Origin: Chrysomallon squamiferum
Lineage: Eukaryota > Animalia > Mollusca
Assembly: GCA_012295275.1 (NCBI GenBank)
Contig: CM022671.1
Location: forward strand, 36,456,001-36,520,000
Direction of reading: 5' to 3'
DNA: 64,000 nucleotides
The stretch's first letter is position 1. The number at the start of each line of letters is the position of its first letter. This document shows positions 53,716 to 64,000 of this stretch, in pieces. The translations under genes and the position numbers were made by a program. The notes beneath the pieces are model-generated. The model was given only the letters and a program-made list of their open reading frames with translations, made no database searches and had not been told where the DNA came from.

Positions 53716-54652
53716 ATTAAATTAGTAAATTCTCAGATGTTGTTTATTCACTCTCTTTCCCAACTACAACACTGACGTGTTAATTTTAGAATTCAAATAC
53801 TTGTGGGTTGTCTTATTGGTGGAGCAGTCCTGATCGCCATCATTGTCACCGTTATTTGTTGTTGTCGCAGACGTGGAAATAATGGAAGAATTATTCAGAC
53901 TTCTTCTGGTGTCCCCGTCGTAGTACAAACAGGTAAAAATACTCGCTTTGTGTGTGCGTGCTTGTCTGTGTGTGTGTGTGTTTGTGTGTCTGTCTGTGTT
54001 TGTGTTTATTTGTAAGTATATATTTGCGTACACATATTTTTGTATGCCTTTCTCGATATGCATTTAGAAATCAAGCATAAACTTTTCAGTGAGAAAAGAG
54101 TAATATTAATAACTTTCATTCTGCATTAAATTTACATTGTATATATATATAGCTATTATAATTATTTGCGTATGTGAGTCTGAGTTATATGATAGAACTG
54201 TGTCATTATTAAAGCTGCATTACGACTAAATAAATAACTTTCTGAATTTAATTAACTCAATACATAATGAAACTATTAAAACTGTAACATAAAGAAGCTA
54301 TTAAAATGTACATGTTACATAAATAAACATTTAAATTCTTACATAAAGAGAACATTAAAATAAAGATAAGACATAAAATAACATTAAATCGTTAGATAAA
54401 TAAAATATTAACTATTAAAACTGGTGATCTAATTATGAAATTAATAGAAAATTCAGTTATATTATTGTTATTGTTATTATTATTATTATTTCAGAAATGA
54501 CTAATACTACCTGTGTCACACCCATGTATCCGCCCAGTGGAGGACAGGCCGTGGCTCCTCCCCCTTCCTATGCCATACCGCCCCCTTCATACAGCGAGGT
54601 GACGGGCGGAAAGACCCCGGGTGTTGCCTATGACAACGCAGGGTATTCTTAA
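51504..54652 (+). CDS. Gene F: Shisa-like/CYYR1-type six-cysteine single-pass membrane protein, ~158 aa
   Basis: Exons 51504-51567 (MANTYKNIHYFVLKLLLLFVS), 52902-53013 (ELEATICYTGRYLINFSITYCRYGCCGSSYDQTCCPFP), 53790-53932 (TM, CCCRRR) and 54495-54652 (PPPSY x2, YDNAGY) give 477 nt in frame. Confidence 0.85.
51710..52862. repeat. 23-bp minisatellite in gene F intron 1 (reverse complement of the gene D array)
   Basis: Unit ATATGTACTGTAGTGACTTTGTT with variants. Confidence 0.95.
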
Positions 54653-55237
54653 AACAAGTGACCGTGTTTGGGAAAATCAGCAGTAGTCTCACTAAGCTAG
54701 TGTCTGTGTTTTCTAAACAACTATGCAAATCCCCTCTCTAATTAATTTTTATTTCACTAACATTAACCAAATTAGCAAAAAATTCTTTTTTAATGAAAAT
54801 TAATGAAAATGTTTTAATGTGTTCTAACGTAAACATTTTTGTAAAGGAAATTAATGCAAATGTTTTAGTGTGTTCTAACATAATCTTTATTTCTGTAAAG
54901 GAAATTAATTTAAATTTTTTTTTGTGTTCTAACATAAACATTTCTGGAAATTAATGAAAATGCTTTAGTGTGTTCTAACATAAACATTTCTGTTACGGAA
55001 ATTAATGAAAATATTTTCATGTGTTCCAGAGTAAGACATGGAAATCAGGCATGGTATTCGAAAATATGAAATTTTTCTGTGTTTTTTATGTATCCGGTGA
55101 ATTTTTGAATAGAAAATAGAAATTTACATTTTTATCTATGACAAGGTAGATTATAACTTTTTACAGAATGACTTAGACAAAGTAACAAAAACATTATAGG
55201 TTATCCTTATCATTTTACTATCTTTTCACTTCTTTTT

Positions 55238-55268
<31 letters not shown>

Positions 55269-56398
55269 TTATTATTATTATTAATTTTAATTATGCATAA
55301 ATTCTATCATAAATGGGGACATCCGAATTCTCTAAACATGAATAAAAATTGTAGATAGGTTTTTTATGTTTTATATCATGAAAAATGTCTCACTTTTAAC
55401 ATTTTTAATGTGTAATTATGATTATTATTCTTGGTGTTGTTGCTGTTGCTGTTAGTAATATTATGATATTTATGTTTATTTATTATTATTATTATTGAAC
55501 TTACGATGCTGTGAAAGAAGTTTTCTGAATAATTTTTCTACACTACCACTTTTGTGGCTGGTTGTCACACTTTTCTAATAATAAAGTAAAATGCAGATAT
55601 CAGAAAATGTAAAGACGGTGGATATCCATTTCTACCAGTTAGTAAATTAACATAACAGACACACCCAGTGTCAGGTAGTGCAGTGATTTCTGAAGCCTCA
55701 AACACTCACCTGTCACGACAAAGTGTACCTTTTTTTTAGATATTCTCTTCCAAATGTCCGTCTGAACTCTTCTCTGCCATAGGATAAGCGGGCTGACTTT
55801 TTATCAGACTACCAGTTTTACTTTGCATTGACCTCTTACCCTGATCTCTTGGTAGTCTGAAACAGACATCCAGGCTAAGCACGGTCGCTTGAAAACGTGA
55901 CATTATTTTAAAACTGCATCCAAACTCCACAGAACTTGTCCGCTGATTCAGTCATATCAGAAATTTGAGTACTCTCTTTATCTGTTCAGCATTGCGAGTT
56001 TTTCATGAAATGGTATTGGGATGCTGAAACACGACTCTTATTATTTATTTACAAATATTTTGGCTTTAAAAGGCAGTTTAATTATTATTACAATTTATAC
56101 ATTTTATAAAAAAAGAAAAATGATATCATTTACCACTGGTTTATATTTCTTTTTTTTATTAATTGATTCTAGACAATGTTGAGATTAGATATGTGTAAAA
56201 ATGAATAATTTAAAGTAAATATGTGTAGTTAATAACTGTAGTCCAGCCAATGAGACAAAATTTCCTGACACGAGGTTTCAGTGTTAAAGAGAGGAAGTCA
56301 GTCATCACAATCACATTTAACAGGAATCCACTCTGTAGTTAAACAAAGCTATATAATAATAACAACAACAACAACAACAACAATAATTACGAAGTAAG

Positions 56399-56429
<31 letters not shown>

Positions 56430-57687
56430 ATGAATTTACACAACTAGAATAACTTTTGGCAGAGTGTTCAGATCAAATAATAAATATGAAAAGTGAATTA
56501 AATGAATCTTAAATTAAAATAATTAGATACTGATATGATTTAAAAAACAAAATAATAATAATAATAATAATAAAACCTGAAATACATTATTAAATATTAG
56601 ATTTTACTTTTTTAATTAATTAATTAACTGACTGACTTGTAAGTATAACAAAATAAAATAAAATATATATACACCGATTTTATTTCATTTTGATACAATT
56701 ACCAAGTCCACTCTAATTCATTACTCCAAAAGAAAACGAAATAAGCCGAAACAAGCCGAAGCATGGTGTCTAATAAAACACAAGGGCGCCGGAATGAAAA
56801 CCATAATTTTTGGCTCTTCAAATTTATCACGAATTAACGTAGATGTACGTAATGACGTCCAAGTAGAATGGTATCCAGGCCCGAACATCCGTCTTTTTTG
56901 GAGAAAGGTCACTAATCATAAAAGTAATTCTCAGCCAGAAAACACAATTTTAAATACAGGAAAAAACTGTATTTCCCTCAGCTAGCACAAACCAGTAAAA
57001 AATATGATAAGCTCTATCCGTAAAGAAATTCCCCCAAAATAAACAATTTTTTGCAGGAATAAACATTTCACATAAACTTTCGGCAAATCAAAAATTATGC
57101 CTAAAATTAAATTTCGCAGCTAAAATGGGATATAGATAAATTAAGTCAATCTCAGACAACAAGTTTGAAGTAATCCAAGATCTAATCCATTGAACTGAAG
57201 GAACAGCCAGCAGAATATACTTAAACTGGTGAAATATCTTGAATTAAAACTAAATTCAGATGAAGGTAAAAACCATTATAATATAGGGTTAGGTACAAAC
57301 ATCATAAATCTAACAGAAATCTAAAAGAATAACTTTCTAAGAATCGCCAAAAAGTCACTTTTGAATCGAGTCCTTAATTTTGTTCTCTCACCTCAACACA
57401 ATATTGGTTTAGAAGCACTTCTCGATGGAAGTTAAACATTTTTGAATATAAAATGAAATTGGACGGTTACTTTAGAAACTCAAGTGGAGAAAAATTACCC
57501 TTCACAGAATTGTCCCGGTTGGACACCCGTCGTTCCAAGACAGATCCCGAGATCGTTAAAACTTACAGAAATATGTAAGAAAATGTGAGAAAATTATTCA
57601 AATAGTCAAAATATCTCGGTCTACGCCAGCGGTTCCAAATACGTCGATGACGATGGACTGATTGATCGTCAGAGTAGTGCGGGTGAT

Positions 57688-58492
57688 GTGAGTTAGGGAA
57701 TCACCCTTAATATATTCAACTGTTTTGTACCGTGAGGGTTCATGGAGTAACGCAAGGTGCGTCAACATGTATTGTATATACAAAGTATACTCAGTACATA
57801 TATAAATAAACATATTCAGCATTTTGTAATAAAGGTAGATCGTTTTGTTGTGGTCATTTTAAATGTAGCTCTGATCTTTGCAAAAAACCGCAAAAATGAT
57901 AATCAAACCTGCAGACAAGGATCAGCATCTTTTCTTTTATCAAGCGAAAGTTACATCCTAGAAGTCCACAGACAACTAAATAACAAAAAATAAGAATAAA
58001 AATTGGACGAAGCCATTTGGCCAGCTAATAAGAATAAATTCAAGTGATCGTCCACAGGAAAAGGGTGATGTAAATAAAAAACAGATGAACTATTTAACAT
58101 CATGATTTGAATGTGAGCCTAGAAAATTTATTTACTCGCAAAGATACAAAAGCCAATTGAAACATGGACAGATATCAACACACCACTCTGTCGACCAGTC
58201 ATCTCTGATTGTGGATCGGAATCTTATAACATTTCCGAATACACTGACTATTATTTAAAACCAGCTGCAAATAGAGACACTAGTTTTGTTAATAATACAG
58301 ATGATCTTTTGTTTAAAATATCTAAAAGAAAAATACCACCAAACTGCTGTTTTGTTACCCTTGAAATTGATTCCATGTACACTAACATAAAATTTCAGTC
58401 TACGTTGAGTAGCGAACAAACAAAAAGTTAATATCAAATGCGAACTAACCTAGACTGCGAATCCAAAAAATATTGGGTATTCGATAACATGG
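57688..58492 (+). mobile_element. Penelope-like retroelement RT fragment (decayed), present only in the second duplicate
   Basis: MIIKPADK..SA / YILEVHRQLNN, then 58129-58389 YLLAKIQKPIETW....PLCRPVISDCGSESYNISEYTDYYLKP.....TSFVNNTDD...K.....IP......TLEIDSMYTNI. This matches PLE RT motifs (KPADKG, FYLLPKIHK, RP+VS, D+.SLYTNI). The empty site is at ~48767-48776. Confidence 0.85.
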
Positions 58493-58627
58493 AACTCACG
58501 TAAATCCCAGGACGTCGGCTAAATACAAAATATGTTACGAGTTAGAACTGTTTGTCACAGATTGTAGACATGAAGTTGACATTCCTGTTAACCAAACACT
58601 TTAACCTACCTGGCCATATACTGGAGG

Positions 58628-58857
58628 CAGTACCGGATTTATTGTGCTAGTCGCCCAAAGGGTCAAAAGAGCCCAATTTTTAACAAAGCGCAAAACTCGA
58701 TAATTTAGCGCACAATCTCCTAAAAAAGCGTCGAATTGTGTGTGAAAGGCGCATAGTTGGCAACACTGGCCAGTAACAAATTTCATAAACTGCCGCCCCT
58801 ATCATCCCGCCGCCCTAGGCTCTAGCCTAGAAAGCCTATGTGGGAAATCGGGACTTG
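58628..58857. mobile_element. Shorter copy of the hAT-type MITE in the second duplicate
   Basis: Same ACTGGAGG TSD (58620-58627, 58858-58865); ~210 bp shorter than the copy at 48911-49351. Confidence 0.7.
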
Positions 58858-59789
58858 ACTGGAGGATCATTTTGAAATAATCCCAATAGAGCAAACGCGC
58901 ATTCTCGGTTCCAAAACTTTAGATTCGAACGAGAAGCGTTTTTGATTCGCACATTACAAAGACAAAAACCATTTGGAATAAATTTTGAATCAGGCAAATG
59001 CAAAGAGAGAGATAAGATAAAAAATTGCCATTGGTAAAATTACGAAAGAGCAATATTCTAACTTATAAAAAATCAAATAACAGCTTTGGATAAAACTGAA
59101 GTCTAAAGGACATTTACAATTTTCGGAATAATATGCCTGATAAAATTATGTTTCGAAAGGAATTACGAATTAATTCAATAAAAGGTACGGAAATGTTTTA
59201 AAATGTTTTCAAACGATATGTTATGTTTTCCGATTTTATTGGAATGTATTTTTCTGCAATGTTGTATTTGTTTGTTTGCTTTTGTTTTCATCTTTTTTTG
59301 TTTGTATTTTTTTTTACCGAATTTGTGAAAGGATACATTCTAAATAGTGTTTTCAAAAGTTTCAAATAGATTATTGACTTGCATTTTTTTCTAGAAGTGT
59401 ATTTGTATTAAATTGCTTAGTAAAGATACTACTTTCTAAATAGTTTTTGTAACAGTTTTTAACAGATTTAGTAATGCATTGTTTTGTTCTACAAATGTAT
59501 TTTTAACCATATCTGAACGTTTTTGTATATAGTTTTAAAAGATTTAAATAAATGTTTTAAAGATGTTATAGAAAAATAATTAATTTATAAACAAAGGACC
59601 GAAGCATACTGTAATAAATATTACAATGATCAACTTTAAGTCAACTCGAATTACTTGAGATAAAATTAGAAAATAAATATATATATTAGAATACGTAATA
59701 ACTTTGTTATCGTCTTTACTTACTGAAACTATCTGACTCCCTGGCAGGCTATTTACACGTTAAGTTGATATCGTGAGCGAACATTCAAA

Positions 59790-59822
59790 ATGGCCACAGT
59801 GTTGATTACTAAGATATATCAG
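59790..59822 (+). pseudogene. Disabled E-type first exon upstream of gene G (34-nt deletion)
   Basis: 33 nt encoding MATVLITKIYQ, then GTGAGA. The hydrophobic core is gone and the phase changes from 1 to 0. Confidence 0.7.
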
Positions 59823-60535
59823 GTGAGAAAAATTAACTGAACTGTTATTTTCTGATTTCTGATTTATGTATCACATTTACTGATTAAACAGCGTTCCTGT
59901 AATGCAACTTGTTTTCTAAAAAAAAAATGTATCATGTTTTTTTTATCTTTCTGGTCCGCACCTTGCTCTTTTTATAATGCTAAATGTCTGAAATGAGAAA
60001 TTTAAACTGCTTTCTCTACACTTATATCTAACAGCCTTATAATATAAAAAACCACGACTATTCCTACAGCTACCATTACTATTAGTATTGCTACTATTAG
60101 TACTACTACTACTACTATTACTACCACTACTGCTATTGCTGCTGCTACTCCCACGACTATTCCTACCACTACTATTACTACAAGTACTGCTACTTCTGCT
60201 ACTACAACTATTAGTAATAATGATAAGAGGTCATTATAAATAAAATAAAAAAAGCTACATATACTGATAATAATTATTAATATACCTTTTGTATCCACAT
60301 CAGGTTTACATACCCTGTCATTGTTAATAATAATATTATTATTGTTGTTGTTGTTGTTGTTTTTATTATTAGTATTAACTGTGTATAATTTGATGTCTGT
60401 ACCGCTAGGCTCTCAACGTGCTAATAATAGAATAATTGTATTATAATATTCAATGCATACCAGTGTTTCACGGATAACTGCGTCGCTATCAGTGTCTTTA
60501 AATAGGGTTACCCGGATCTACACAACTCATACAAA

Positions 60536-63885
<3,350 letters not shown>

Positions 63886-64000
63886 AACAAGTGACCGTGT
63901 TTGTTAAAATCAGCAGTATTCTCACTAGTCTAGTGTCTGTGTTTTCTAAACAACTATGCAAATCCCCTCTCTAATTAATTTTTATTTCACTAACATTCAC

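Overview
AT-rich, microsatellite-rich, intron-containing eukaryotic (animal) genomic DNA. An invertebrate such as a mollusc is a guess from gene content and repeat style, not proven. I reconstructed nine spliced genes by hand from GT-AG sites and exon phases: (1) a LEM-domain single-pass inner-nuclear-membrane protein (emerin/LAP2beta-like, minus), head-to-head with (2) APEX2 (plus; one base short in exon 2); (3-5) three single-pass type I membrane proteins (A, B minus; C plus) with one divergent CUB-like ectodomain, the same exon-phase plan and long disordered tails; (6-9) four small Shisa-like/CYYR1-type (C*C*CC*CC, PPxY-tailed) membrane proteins (D minus; E, F, G plus), with E-G lying in a ~9.3 kb tandem duplication. 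The most unusual structure is the D-G cluster. Two different promoter/signal-peptide first exons are head-to-head in D/E but stacked in tandem in F/G. E appears to have lost its cysteine-rich ectodomain except for a 16-nt frame-preserving microexon. The signal exon and promoter are far more conserved than the ectodomain. Also present: minisatellites next to or built from splice sites, a decayed DNA transposase (Sola2-like), a Penelope-like RT fragment in only one duplicate, and a hAT-type MITE with an 8-bp target-site duplication. No rRNA, tRNA or CRISPR was recognised. All gene models are manual and have no transcript support.
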